Assembly (NCBI GenBank): GCA_947084965.1
Contig: CAMTUG010000002.1
Span: 79,434 to 143,433 of the forward strand
Source of the DNA: an uncultured Parcubacteria group bacterium
Lineage (GTDB): Bacteria > Patescibacteriota > Patescibacteriia > UBA9934 > CAMTUG01
Direction: 5' to 3'
Length of the DNA: 64,000 nt
Below the pieces are notes generated by a model. The model did no database searches and was not told the origin of the DNA. It was given only the letters and a program-made list of their open reading frames with translations. Numbering within the stretch: the first letter of the stretch is position 1; the number at the start of each line of letters is the position of its first letter. A program made the position numbers and the translations under genes. This document shows positions 18,796 through 28,841 of this stretch, in pieces.

Positions 18796-19778
18796 TCTTT
18801 CGGACTATTTTACAAGGCATTCTTGCCGCCAGTTTGATGGAATTCGTTCCGATGGATGGGGCGATGATTGAGCAGGCCGCCAAACTTCCGGTCGCTCCTC
18901 TACGATCGGCTATCCTTGCATCCCTTGATACGAGCGATGCCTTTCTGGGATTGCCCACGTCCGCCGATCGATATCCAAAAAAGATCGATGAGGAGAGCCT
19001 GGGAATCGTCACGACCGCAGAGAGCGTTTTAGTTCTTGATCGGGAAAGTGGACTGCCACTCTATCAAAAGAATGCCGATTCGGTCCGTTCTATCGGGAGC
19101 ATCACCAAACTCATGACCGCTCTCGTCTATCTTGAAAGGTCACCGGATCTGAATGCTCCTGCCAGCATCTTACCGGAAGATTATCGTAATGGCGGGCGTC
19201 TCTATTTACTGATGAATGATCCGGTTACGGCGCGGGACATATTGAAAACAAGTTTAGTTGGTTCTGATAACTCTGCCACCATGACCTTGGTGCGTCTTTC
19301 CGGGGTAACCCTTGCAGAGTTTGTCGACAAGATGAATGCCAAGGCGGTCGAACTCGGCATGACGCAGACGACGTTTGCTGATCCGACCGGTCTGACCGCA
19401 GATAATCGCTCGACCGCCTATGATATTGTGCGCTTATTGACCGCGGCGCTCGCTGTTCCAGAGATCGCTGAGACCGTTGTTCAACCGCAGGTGGAGGTTA
19501 CCCAAGGCAGCGGGATCACCGTTACCGTTCCTTCGACCGACGATCTGCTTGAAAGTTTTATCAACCAGGATCCGTACACCATTCTTGGTGGCAAAACCGG
19601 TTACTTGCCCGAAGCGGGGTATTGCATCGGCCTCGGCGTGAAGCGCGAAGGGGCGGGGGAAATTTTTGTCATCCTTCTCGGTTCGGATTCCAAAATCACT
19701 CGGGTGTCCGAAGTGAAGGGGCTTGTCGACTGGGCCTTCCGCGTGTTTCAATGGCAGGAGGACGCCCTGAACTCCTAA
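18792..19778 (+). CDS. D-alanyl-D-alanine carboxy/endopeptidase (peptidase S11)
   Basis: SxxK (SITK), SxN (SDN), KTG motifs. Confidence 0.9.
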   Translation: MIFRTILQGILAASLMEFVPMDGAMIEQAAKLPVAPLRSAILASLDTSDAFLGLPTSADRYPKKIDEESLGIVTTAESVLVLDRESGLPLYQKNADSVRSIGSITKLMTALVYLERSPDLNAPASILPEDYRNGGRLYLLMNDPVTARDILKTSLVGSDNSATMTLVRLSGVTLAEFVDKMNAKAVELGMTQTTFADPTGLTADNRSTAYDIVRLLTAALAVPEIAETVVQPQVEVTQGSGITVTVPSTDDLLESFINQDPYTILGGKTGYLPEAGYCIGLGVKREGAGEIFVILLGSDSKITRVSEVKGLVDWAFRVFQWQEDALNS

Positions 19779-19781
19779 TGC

Positions 19782-20237
19782 ATGCAAGACCTTTTGATCA
19801 TCGCTCTTTCGACTTTGCCGGTCGCAGAGCTTCGAGTGGCCCTTCCGCTCGCCATTGAGGTGTATCATTTTTCTATTCCGCGAGCGTTGTTTGATGTCTA
19901 CGTCGGTAATGCCCTGCCGATCGTCCCGCTCATCTACGGCCTCGAGGTACTGACCAATCTGTGCGATCGTCATTTCAAAGTGTGCCATCGGGTGTTGGTC
20001 AAAGTATTCGAGCGGACGCGCACCAAGTTTCAAGGGGATTACCAAAAATACGGAGCGATCGGTCTCTTCTTTTTTGTCGTTTCGCCCTTGCCGTTTACGG
20101 GGGTATGGAGCGGGTGTGTGGCCGCGGTGCTATTTGGTATCCGTCCGCGGTTGGCGATTCCGGCGATTCTTGGCGGAATGATCGTCTCTGGACTGATGAT
20201 GCTCGCAGTGGTGAAAGGGTTTGTAGCCATTTTTTAA
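19782..20237 (+). CDS. Putative small multidrug export protein (COG2426-like)
   Basis: LPVAELRVALP, PLPFTGVWSG; hydrophobic. Confidence 0.8.
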   Translation: MQDLLIIALSTLPVAELRVALPLAIEVYHFSIPRALFDVYVGNALPIVPLIYGLEVLTNLCDRHFKVCHRVLVKVFERTRTKFQGDYQKYGAIGLFFFVVSPLPFTGVWSGCVAAVLFGIRPRLAIPAILGGMIVSGLMMLAVVKGFVAIF

Positions 20238-20238
20238 T

Positions 20239-21387
20239 ATGCGCATTGCGATCGATGGTCGTTCGATCGTGCGTCCGGATGTTGGGCGAGTCAGTGGGAT
20301 CAATCAGTACACCTCTTGCATGATTGATGCCTTGGTTGATGTTGCTGCAGATGATACATTTGTCGTTTTTCTAGACAGCGACGTGCCGTCAGAGCAAGTC
20401 CGGGCGATGATTCGTGGGCGATCAAATATTGAGGCACGGCAGGACGCTTCGCTGCTTCGAGCTGTACCGTATGTTGGGGCTCATTTGATGTTGCCGTCGG
20501 CGATCCACGCGGAACGGATCGATCTGTTCTTTGCGCCTACAGGGTTGATTCCGCTCGGGTTGCGTATCCCCTCTGTCGGATTCATTCATGATCTTTTCAT
20601 TTTAGAACATCCGGAGTGGTTTCCTGATTCAGCGATTCAACAGGTATTTACGTTAAAGTTAGTACTTCCGCGCTCTCTTGATCATGCTCGATTACTTCTG
20701 ACGCCGTCTGCGGCCGTTCGCTCTGATCTCATCCGTGCTTTTCCAAAAACCAAACAAAAGACCGTTGTTGTACATGAGGGGATCACGATCTGTTCTCCGC
20801 AACCGGAGCGCCAGATTCACGGTCGTTATATCGTCTCCGTTGCTACGCTCGAGCCGCGCAAAAATTTCCTCTTTGCCTTACGGGCGTTTGAAGCGCTTCT
20901 ATCTCGCGATCCATCCCTTTCTAAGTCGTTGCAGTACGTGATTGCTGGTACGCCAGGGTGGGGGGCTGAACCGATTTTGGAAGCGATCGACCACATCAAT
21001 GCGCGCTGGCGACAGTATCGACCTGACGGCGTTGTACGTTATCTCGGGTCGGTGACCGATGCCGAGCGCTGTTCACTCTACCAACACGCAGAATTGTATT
21101 TGTGCACCTCCTTTGCCGAAGGATTCGGGTTGCCACCGCTTGAAGCGATGGGGGTCGGCACCGCAGTTGTGACCACTTCGGTCGGTGTGATTCCAGAAGT
21201 TGCCAAAGGGTCAGTAGCGATCATTAGCGAAAGTGATGTCCCATCCACGGCTACCATCCTTTTGAAGTTATTGAACGATCAGGTCGCGCGCCGGCGATTA
21301 GCTGAGGCAGGGAGAGCTGCTGTTGCTCAATTCACCTGGCGCCGCTCGGCCGAGCAGACACTCACTCACTTTCGCTCCGTTTGCTAG
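20239..21387 (+). CDS. Glycosyltransferase family 4
   Basis: MRIAIDGR, TLEPRKN, SFAEGFGLPPLEAM. Confidence 0.92.
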   Translation: MRIAIDGRSIVRPDVGRVSGINQYTSCMIDALVDVAADDTFVVFLDSDVPSEQVRAMIRGRSNIEARQDASLLRAVPYVGAHLMLPSAIHAERIDLFFAPTGLIPLGLRIPSVGFIHDLFILEHPEWFPDSAIQQVFTLKLVLPRSLDHARLLLTPSAAVRSDLIRAFPKTKQKTVVVHEGITICSPQPERQIHGRYIVSVATLEPRKNFLFALRAFEALLSRDPSLSKSLQYVIAGTPGWGAEPILEAIDHINARWRQYRPDGVVRYLGSVTDAERCSLYQHAELYLCTSFAEGFGLPPLEAMGVGTAVVTTSVGVIPEVAKGSVAIISESDVPSTATILLKLLNDQVARRRLAEAGRAAVAQFTWRRSAEQTLTHFRSVC

Positions 21388-21463
21388 GGAGGACCTCTTG
21401 CCAGCAGGCGTGATTTGTGCCATACTTTGCTCTTGCAATTGAGAAATATTGCCTAGCAAAGGT

Positions 21464-23137
21464 ATGAAAATCACTCGTAAGCGCCTGATTATTTTGACTC
21501 TGGGAGCTGTTCTTTTTCTTGTGATTGGAGCATTTGCGGCTCAGCCATCGCCAACAGAATCGATGACAAACGATACGGTAAAGCGACAGGATCTCATTCA
21601 GACCGTAGAAGTGACCGGACGTGTGGAAAGTGTGACCGAAGCAGATCTCGCTTTCGGTGCTTCTGGCGTTGTCGGCAAGATGCTCGTTAAGGTAGGGGAT
21701 ACGGTAAAGGCCGGCCAGCTCCTCGCCTCGCTGACAGCTGGTGATCTGCAGGCATCCTACGCGCAGGCCTTGCAATCTGTCGCCCAGGCACAAGCCGACT
21801 TGGATTTGAAGCGTGCGGGGATTTCTTCTTCGGCCACAGCGGTCAGTCAGGCAGACGTAGACGCCGCCCTTGTCGCTTTGGATCAGGCCAACCTCGATCT
21901 TGAGCGCACAAAACAAGAAACGGCAGATGAGCTGGTGCAGGCAAAGGAGAATCTCGTGGAAGATTTGCGCGCGCTCGTTTCAGAAGTGCGTCAGTCTCTT
22001 GCTTCGGCAGACACTGTGCTTGGAGTGGAAAATAGTTTGTACAATAACGATTTCGACGAGATTCTGGGGGCGCAGGATGTGAGTTCTGTGGCACGGGCAG
22101 TCGATGCGTTCGAACAGGCGATGGTCAGTCGCGATCGTGCGGAGGCAGATCTTGCCACGATGCAGGGAGCGGATGCAGATCCGGCGATCCGCTCAGCACG
22201 GGCCGCGTACGAAGATGCCTATGACGTGCTGGCAGCGACGAGTCGTGTGCTTGATGCTACTTCTGCCAATACGGATGCGTTGACGCTCGATGAATTGACG
22301 ACGTTAAAGTCAACGATCGCATCTGCCCAGGCGTCGCTCGTAGCAGATGGTTCGGCACTTCTTTCTGCGGAACAAGCTGTTGACGATGCTGCGCTCGCGA
22401 TCGTTCTTGATGTTGCTGATGCGGAAGCAGTCGTTGCGGCTCGGCACGTTGCGGTCCAACGGGCGGAGGCGTCACTTCTTGATGCAACCGAAGCCCCGCG
22501 TGATGTCGAGTTGGCCGGATACGAAGCGGCGTTGGCACGTGCTCGTGCTGGGGTGACGTCGGCCTTGGCACGCCTAGCCGAGACACGGATCGTCTCGCCA
22601 TTGTCCGGTATCGTCACGGCCGTTGAGGTGCAAGCGGGGGAAGCCGCTTCGGCATTGACCCCGATGATTTCTGTCCTCGCCAGCGGCGATCAATACAAAA
22701 TCACCTTAGATTTGCCAGAAGCGGACATCGCCAAGGTGCAGGTCGGTCAGACCGCGGACGTTACCTTTGACGCCTTTGGGGATGATCTTCACTTCACGGC
22801 CACGGTTACGGCAATCGACCCAGCCGAACAATTGATCCAGGACGTCGTTTTCTATAAAGCGACGGTTCTTCTCGATCCAACCCAGGATCTTTCGGGCCTC
22901 AAGCCAGGCCTGTCCGCCAATGTCACGATCACTACAGCGACGCGCACGGCCGTGCTGACGGTCCCTTCGCGTTCAGTTCTTGAAAACGACGGTGTGAAGT
23001 ATGTCCGTGTTCCAGAGGGCGAGAGCTATCGCCAACAGACCGTTGAAGTCGGATTACGCGCGGACGGTGGCCTGATGGAGATTATCAGCGGGCTGAGCGA
23101 AGGGGAGACAGTGATCGTTTCGATCAAGGCACTTTAG
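21464..23137 (+). CDS. Efflux periplasmic adaptor (MacA/HlyD-like) with long coiled coil
   Basis: VKVGDTVKAGQLL, SPLSGIV, EIISGLSEGE. Confidence 0.88.
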   Translation: MKITRKRLIILTLGAVLFLVIGAFAAQPSPTESMTNDTVKRQDLIQTVEVTGRVESVTEADLAFGASGVVGKMLVKVGDTVKAGQLLASLTAGDLQASYAQALQSVAQAQADLDLKRAGISSSATAVSQADVDAALVALDQANLDLERTKQETADELVQAKENLVEDLRALVSEVRQSLASADTVLGVENSLYNNDFDEILGAQDVSSVARAVDAFEQAMVSRDRAEADLATMQGADADPAIRSARAAYEDAYDVLAATSRVLDATSANTDALTLDELTTLKSTIASAQASLVADGSALLSAEQAVDDAALAIVLDVADAEAVVAARHVAVQRAEASLLDATEAPRDVELAGYEAALARARAGVTSALARLAETRIVSPLSGIVTAVEVQAGEAASALTPMISVLASGDQYKITLDLPEADIAKVQVGQTADVTFDAFGDDLHFTATVTAIDPAEQLIQDVVFYKATVLLDPTQDLSGLKPGLSANVTITTATRTAVLTVPSRSVLENDGVKYVRVPEGESYRQQTVEVGLRADGGLMEIISGLSEGETVIVSIKAL

Positions 23138-23138
23138 T

Positions 23139-23813
23139 ATGTCGATCCCGCTCATTCGCGTTCACGGCATCACCAAGACGTATAAAAATGGTGAAGTGGA
23201 AACGCCGGTGCTCCATGGGGTGAGTCTGGATGTGCACACCGGCGAATTCGTTTCGTTGATGGGACCTTCCGGTTCAGGAAAGTCGACGTTGATGCACATT
23301 CTTAGTTTGCTCGATCGTCCGGACGCCGGTTCGTATCAACTCGATGAAGTGGACACGGTCACGCTTGACGAAGTGGCTCGCGCTTCCCTGCGCTTACAAA
23401 AAATCGGTTTTGTTTTTCAGGCTTTTCATCTGTTGCCTCGACTTTCCGTGCTTGAAAACGTCACGTTGCCACTCCTCTACGCCGAGATGCCTGAGGCAGA
23501 ACGCGTGGCACGAGCCAAAGCCGTTTTGGCCGATGTTGGACTGAGCGATCGAGAATCCTACTTACCGTCACAACTTTCTGGCGGGCAAAAACAGCGGGTG
23601 GCGATCGCGCGTGCCCTGGTCAATGATCCAGCCGTTATTTTTGCAGATGAGCCGACCGGTAATTTGGACTCTGTCTCCAGCCGTCAGGTACTAGAGATTC
23701 TTCGTGACCTCACCAAAAAACACGGTCGTACGGTAGTGATGGTCACCCATGAAGAGGAAGCGGCCGCGTATGGCGATCGCGTTATTCGCATCCGCGACGG
23801 CTACATCATCTAA
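23139..23813 (+). CDS. ABC transporter ATP-binding protein (LolD/MacB-type)
   Basis: [32 protein letters not shown]. Confidence 0.95.
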   Translation: MSIPLIRVHGITKTYKNGEVETPVLHGVSLDVHTGEFVSLMGPSGSGKSTLMHILSLLDRPDAGSYQLDEVDTVTLDEVARASLRLQKIGFVFQAFHLLPRLSVLENVTLPLLYAEMPEAERVARAKAVLADVGLSDRESYLPSQLSGGQKQRVAIARALVNDPAVIFADEPTGNLDSVSSRQVLEILRDLTKKHGRTVVMVTHEEEAAAYGDRVIRIRDGYII

Positions 23814-23814
23814 T

Positions 23815-25047
23815 ATGCGTTCGCTCGACCTTCTACGGACTTCTACAGACTCCTTGCGCCGCAACACCTCGCGGTCATTGTTGACCGTGCTCGGGATCGT
23901 CATCGGCATCGGCGCGGTTATTTTGATGCTTTCGATCGGACAAGGGGCGCAGGGGTACGTGCTCAGCCAAGTTTCTGATCTCGGGTCGGATCTGGTTTTT
24001 GTGGAGGCAGGGAACGGGGGTGGAAGCTCTGGTCCCCCATCTCCTTTTATTGAACAGACGATCACGCTTGATGACGCCAAGGCGCTTGAAGAGGATGGTC
24101 CCTTCTCGTTCGTGTCGTCTGTAGTGATTACCACCACAACGGTCTCCGCAGAACAGGATTCAACGTTCACGGATATCGCTGGAGTCGATCAATATCAGCT
24201 CGACGTCTTTCCAGCAGACGTTGTCTCTGGTCGATTTATTGAAGGCGAAGATGTGGACAGTCATGCGCGAGTGGCTGTGCTTGGCTCGGAGATTGCTGAG
24301 CAGTTGTTTGGTGACCAAGATCCGATTGGAGAACGGATCGAGGTCAAGAATCTTTCTGTACGGGTGATCGGTGTGCTTGGCGAGCAGGGGAGTAAGTTTT
24401 TTTCGAACCTCGATAAGCGCGTTTATTTGCCAGTCACTACCGCCCAACGCGAGTTGCTCGGTGTCACCTACGTCAATTATATTTCTGCCCGTTCGATCGG
24501 TGACATTGAATCGGCCAAAGAGGACGCCCGGGCTATTTTGCGCGATGCGCACAATTTAGATAATCCCGAGCAGGACCTGGCCAAGGATGACTTTATCGTC
24601 TCGTCACAGTCTGATGCGGTGGCGATTATTGGGGGTGTCGGGTTTGCCTTGACCCTGTTGCTCGCTTCGATCGCGGCGATCTCATTGCTCGTTGGAGGGA
24701 TCGGGATTATGAACATCATGCTTGTCTCCGTCACCGAGCGTACCCGCGAGATCGGTTTGCGCAAAGCGATCGGAGCGACCGAATCAGAAGTTTTGCGTCA
24801 GTTTTTGCTTGAAGCGGTGATCCTCACCATGTTTGGTGGGGTGATCGGGATCGTTGGTGGTGTTGGGACTTCGGCTTTAGCCGCGGCTGTGCTTTCGCAA
24901 TTTGTTGAAGGATGGCAGTTCATCATTCCGCCATCCGCTGTCATCGCTTCGGTTGCTGTCGCTACCCTTGTTGGGATCGCCTTCGGTTATTATCCTGCCC
25001 GTCGCGCCGCCCGCCTCGACCCGATCGAAGCACTGCGTTACGAGTAA
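23815..25047 (+). CDS. ABC transporter permease (MacB/FtsX-type)
   Basis: RSLLTVLGIVIGI, GGIGIMNIMLVSVTERTREIG, PIEALRYE. Confidence 0.95.
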   Translation: MRSLDLLRTSTDSLRRNTSRSLLTVLGIVIGIGAVILMLSIGQGAQGYVLSQVSDLGSDLVFVEAGNGGGSSGPPSPFIEQTITLDDAKALEEDGPFSFVSSVVITTTTVSAEQDSTFTDIAGVDQYQLDVFPADVVSGRFIEGEDVDSHARVAVLGSEIAEQLFGDQDPIGERIEVKNLSVRVIGVLGEQGSKFFSNLDKRVYLPVTTAQRELLGVTYVNYISARSIGDIESAKEDARAILRDAHNLDNPEQDLAKDDFIVSSQSDAVAIIGGVGFALTLLLASIAAISLLVGGIGIMNIMLVSVTERTREIGLRKAIGATESEVLRQFLLEAVILTMFGGVIGIVGGVGTSALAAAVLSQFVEGWQFIIPPSAVIASVAVATLVGIAFGYYPARRAARLDPIEALRYE

Positions 25048-25100
25048 TTGCAATATTTAAAGCGGTTCGGTAAGGTGGGGCGGCCCAACCAGGAGTCCAC

Positions 25101-25997
25101 ATGTCCGACCCTTTCCGCATCATCCAGTTCGGTCCCCGTCACGGACAGTCGAATGGATCGCCCGTCCTGATCGAGGTCGCCCACGGGGCTACGACCATGC
25201 TCCAGTACGCCCGCACCCTCGGGCTCCTCCGGGGTTTGTACCCTACCAGCCTGCTCGACTTCTTCCTGGTCAACACGGACCAGGGGGCGCCTGAGCTGGC
25301 CATGGAGATCGGCAGGCAGATCGTCGACGCCCATCCGGGGCGGTCGGTGACGATCATGATCGCCGAGGTTCCCCGGACGTTCATCGACTTCAACCGGATC
25401 CCTGGCGTGACGGCCGAGGCGGCCAAGGCCGGTGGGGTCACCCCCGGGCTCCAGCCCTGGGTCACGAACCCGGACGACGTCAAGCTCCTGACCGGGTTCC
25501 ACCGCGCCTACCACGCGAAGCTCGGGCCGATCGTTGATCAGGTCTGCGAAGCGGGTGGCACGATGCTCGCGCTTCACACCTACGCCCCGCGGTCGGTCGA
25601 CGTCGAAGCTATCGACGAGCGGATCGGGGAGCGCATGCGCGAGGCTTGGTCCGGCAACGTCGAGCGCTGGCCCCTGCGTCCGGAGATCGATCTCATCGGT
25701 CGCGACAAGTGGGAAGGGGATGACCGGCCGTGGATGGTCGTGCCCGCCGTTCTCACCCGTCTGCGCGCTGAGTTCCTGCCGCTCGAACTCGAGGTTGCAG
25801 ACTCCGTGTCCTACCATCTGGCGGACGTCACCATGGCGCGTCAGTACCGCGACCGCTACCCCGAGCAGGTCATCTGCCTCGAGGTGCGTCGCGATCTGCT
25901 CACGGGGTGGTGGCTACCCTTCGCGCAGATGATCCCTGATTCGTTTCGGATCCGGCGCATCGGCGAGGCTCTTGCCCACGCCCTGTTTCTCTTCTAG
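25101..25997 (+). CDS. N-formylglutamate amidohydrolase-like protein (GC-rich solo gene)
   Basis: VLIEVAHG, RTFIDFNR, YHA, ALHTY, LEVRRDL; AGGAG SD. Confidence 0.65.
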   Translation: MSDPFRIIQFGPRHGQSNGSPVLIEVAHGATTMLQYARTLGLLRGLYPTSLLDFFLVNTDQGAPELAMEIGRQIVDAHPGRSVTIMIAEVPRTFIDFNRIPGVTAEAAKAGGVTPGLQPWVTNPDDVKLLTGFHRAYHAKLGPIVDQVCEAGGTMLALHTYAPRSVDVEAIDERIGERMREAWSGNVERWPLRPEIDLIGRDKWEGDDRPWMVVPAVLTRLRAEFLPLELEVADSVSYHLADVTMARQYRDRYPEQVICLEVRRDLLTGWWLPFAQMIPDSFRIRRIGEALAHALFLF

Positions 25998-26054
25998 ATT
26001 CGGTCGCTCCTTCGCGATCGCCCAAGGCCACCCTTACTCGGGTGGCCTTCGACG

Positions 26055-27338
26055 TTATGGAGCGGGTTCGTCAGGGGTAATATCGATCGGTGGGGTGCGG
26101 TGAACGATCGAATGGAGGATCGGTTTGATGATAAAGAGAAGGCCGATCTGTCCGACCACCAAGAAGAGAAGGCCGAAGCGGATCCCGACCACGGGTGAGC
26201 TCACGGCGAGCGACCACACTAGGAGAAGTCCACCGAGGCGGCCAATGTTCAAAAAGAATTCCCGATCCATCAAATAGACAAATCGATGCTGCGCCCCTTG
26301 AGCACTGAACTGATCGACGAGTTCGTACATCACCGCCGCGAGTGATGGCCAGCGGAACGTATTGGTAAGCGCGCTGATGGCAAAGTAAATAATCGCACCG
26401 ACCGAGGAGAAGAGGACAGCAAAGATCCCTCCACCAACGAGGGTTCCAAGCATCCATACGACCAGGATGAGGAGATGATTGCGATGTTTCACGTGGCGTC
26501 CGATCAGTCCCAAGAGGACAACGCCGACGATGGCGGTTGCTGTCTCAATCGTGCCGACAACTTCCTCAGCACCCAGGAAGGTGAGGGTAATAACGACAGG
26601 GAGGATTGTTTCGACCCCACCGATGAATCCGTGGCAGACCTCAAGGAAACGTTGGCGTTGCCACAGTGCGGCTGGGTTTTGTAGAAAGATCTGTTTCAGC
26701 GGTGTTGAGCACGGTGGGAGATCAGCGCGATAGACGACGAGTCCAGCGGCACCGAGCGTCAGGATGGCGATGACGGAGACAAACCAGTAGGCAGCGCCCG
26801 TTGAGTAGAGCCCGTAGAGGTCACCAAAGCCGATGATCCAACCGATCGAAATCGGGGCGATGATTCCAGCGACGGTGTCCACGATCCCTTCTAAGCTCAA
26901 AAAGTAAAAGCGATGGGATCCGCTTGTGACTTTGGAGAGAAGGTAGTTACGATTCGCCCAGTAGAATCCTCCAGAGACCCCAAGAACGACACCGAGGAGA
27001 AAGGCGAAGTCAGCGGCAGCTTCTCCTAAAGCGACCATCGCAAGCGGCACGACCCCGACCATCACAGAACCAACGACATACAGCACGGGCGTGTCGGTCC
27101 AGCGCAGGAGGATCGCATTCAAGAAAAACCCGATCGACAGAGCGGCAAAAAATCCGGCATTATACAGAATCAGGAGGGTCACGTTCTCCTCGATTCTCCA
27201 CAGAAAGGTGTTCATGTAGGTGAAGGCGATCGGGGAGGCGAGGCCGTACAGAAAGTAGGAAACCAAAAATCGCCGCTCTGTGCCGGAGAGGATATTGAAA
27301 TGGTTGCGTTGACTCTGGAACCAGGATTTGATGGACAT
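26055..27338 (-). CDS. MFS-type membrane transporter
   Basis: About 12 hydrophobic segments; start 27338 because the longer ORF overlaps tRNA-Leu. Confidence 0.75.
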   Translation of the reverse strand: MSIKSWFQSQRNHFNILSGTERRFLVSYFLYGLASPIAFTYMNTFLWRIEENVTLLILYNAGFFAALSIGFFLNAILLRWTDTPVLYVVGSVMVGVVPLAMVALGEAAADFAFLLGVVLGVSGGFYWANRNYLLSKVTSGSHRFYFLSLEGIVDTVAGIIAPISIGWIIGFGDLYGLYSTGAAYWFVSVIAILTLGAAGLVVYRADLPPCSTPLKQIFLQNPAALWQRQRFLEVCHGFIGGVETILPVVITLTFLGAEEVVGTIETATAIVGVVLLGLIGRHVKHRNHLLILVVWMLGTLVGGGIFAVLFSSVGAIIYFAISALTNTFRWPSLAAVMYELVDQFSAQGAQHRFVYLMDREFFLNIGRLGGLLLVWSLAVSSPVVGIRFGLLFLVVGQIGLLFIIKPILHSIVHRTPPIDITPDEPAP

Positions 27339-27376
27339 AGATTGATCAAAAAAGCAGCTCCGAGGAGCCGCCCTTT

Positions 27377-27462
27377 TGGTGCCGCGGGAGGGACTCGAAC
27401 CCTCAAGTCCTTGCGAACAACGGTGTTTGAGACCGTCGCGTATACCATTCCGCCACCGCGGC
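27377..27462 (-). tRNA. tRNA-Leu(CAA)
   Basis: GCCGCGG acceptor, ACGGT-CTCAAAC-ACCGT, long variable arm, CCA. Confidence 0.96.
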
Positions 27463-27536
27463 ATGCGGCAGTATCCTAGCAAACCCTTGATGTTTTTTCA
27501 AGGAATTGCTATTATCACGTCACAAAAGTTCTGCGG

Positions 27537-27653
27537 ATGCCTCTAAAAAAGGCATATTCAAGGCGCGGGGAGACGGCGAACGAGGCGTACCAAAATGTAC
27601 GTCGAGGAGCCGTCGGGGCCCCGCAACGCAGAAGATGCCATTTTTAGGGGCAT
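27537..27653 (+). repeat. ~120-bp palindromic element, GAGGCGTAC-core family, copy 1
   Basis: Termini ATGCCTCTAAAAAAGGCAT / ATGCCATTTTTAGGGGCAT; core shared with 50485-50610. Confidence 0.75.
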
Positions 27654-27657
27654 ACGA

Positions 27658-27733
27658 GGCGGGATAGCTCAGTTGGTAGAGCACAGGACTCATAAGCCTG
27701 TTGTCGGCGGTTCGATTCCGCCTCCCGCTACCA
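27658..27733 (+). tRNA. tRNA-Met(CAT), elongator type (Ile2 not excluded)
   Basis: GGCGGGA/TCCCGCT acceptor, CTCATAA loop, CCA. Confidence 0.9.
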
Positions 27734-27799
27734 GAAAGTCCGCGAGGAAACTCGCGGTTTTTCTATTGACAAAAGCTTTGATTCCTCGTACTGTACCGA

Positions 27800-27876
27800 C
27801 GCGGGATAGAGCAGTCTGGCAGCTCGCTTGGCTCATAACCAAGAGGTCGCTGGTTCAAATCCAGCTCCCGCAACCA
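27800..27876 (+). tRNA. Initiator tRNA-fMet(CAT)
   Basis: C1:A72 mismatch, CGCGGG start, CTCATAA loop, TTCAAAT T-loop, CCA; TTGACA-N17-TACTGT promoter at 27766-27794. Confidence 0.93.
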
Positions 27877-27939
27877 TAATTCCGTCTGACATCGTCAGGC
27901 GGTATTATGTTTAAGGTCGATCGTGTATGCTAACGGTAT

Positions 27940-28335
27940 ATGATTGATCATGTGACACTTACGGTGCGGGATCTTGGCGTGAGTAAAGTCTTTTACGAAA
28001 CGGTGCTTGGGGCGCTCGGGATGCGGGTAAATCTGGGGAGCACTGAGGATCAGTTTTGGGGATTCGGTTCTGGGGATGTGCCAGAGTTTGAAGTGTCGCT
28101 TGGGCGATTTTTTGTTGCTCAGGCCGATGCCACACATCCGATCGCCCCATCCGTTCACATCGCGTTTCGCGCCAGGAATCAGGATGAGGTCAAGGCATTC
28201 CATCGTGCGGCACTTGCGGCAGGTGGAGTCGACAATGGCGCTCCTGGTCCGCGCCCAGAATATGGGGAGACCTATTACGCCGCCTTTGTTCTTGATCCAG
28301 ATGGGAACAACATCGAGGCGGTGACGTTTGAATAA
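27940..28335 (+). CDS. VOC/glyoxalase family protein
   Basis: MIDHVTL, VHIAF, DNGAPGPRPEY, DPDGNNIEAV. Confidence 0.9.
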   Translation: MIDHVTLTVRDLGVSKVFYETVLGALGMRVNLGSTEDQFWGFGSGDVPEFEVSLGRFFVAQADATHPIAPSVHIAFRARNQDEVKAFHRAALAAGGVDNGAPGPRPEYGETYYAAFVLDPDGNNIEAVTFE

Positions 28336-28360
28336 GAGTGTGCTATAGTTCCGGCACGTT

Positions 28361-28822
28361 ATGACCATTTCGACACATACAGCGATCGGGGCAGTGCTTG
28401 GAGGGTTTGTCGGTGGACCGATCATCGGATTTTTTGCGGGGATGCTCTCTCATTTTTTGGTCGACATGATTCCTCATGGCGATGCTAAATTGGGTAAAGA
28501 GTTCCATACCAAGCGTGCCAGTAAATCCGGCAAAGCGTACGTCACGATCGACGGTGTATCTGCGATCTTCATCCTTCTTATCTTCTTCAATCTCGTCGAT
28601 TTTGACAGTCGTTTTGTTTTTAGCTGTACGATCGCCGGATCTGTTTTGCCCGACATTCTGGCTGGGATTCACGGCATCACCAAAACGAAGTATCTCCGTT
28701 GGTTCGTCAAGCTCCATTTCTTTTTTCATGACTTTTTCACCAGTCGCTACGGCGACGTCCGGTTACGTTGGGCGATCATGGGACAGGCCGTGTTTATCCT
28801 TTTGTTAGTCCGCTGGATGTAG
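28361..28822 (+). CDS. Membrane protein, possible metal-dependent hydrolase
   Basis: H..G, SHFLVDMIPH, LPD, H..FH. Confidence 0.6.
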   Translation: MTISTHTAIGAVLGGFVGGPIIGFFAGMLSHFLVDMIPHGDAKLGKEFHTKRASKSGKAYVTIDGVSAIFILLIFFNLVDFDSRFVFSCTIAGSVLPDILAGIHGITKTKYLRWFVKLHFFFHDFFTSRYGDVRLRWAIMGQAVFILLLVRWM

Positions 28823-28841
28823 TGGTATACTGGGTCCGCTT

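Noticed and set aside
26485-26500. TGTTTCACGTGGCGTC as parS near parAB
   Set aside because: Only the left part matches TGTTTCACGTGAAACA; it is not palindromic and lies inside a CDS.
27339-27482. N-terminal extension of the MFS ORF
   Set aside because: It runs through tRNA-Leu; the true start is likely 27338.
27876-27915. TATTATGTTTAA as the XerD arm of dif
   Set aside because: No plausible XerC arm; it is the 3' side of the tRNA terminator hairpin.
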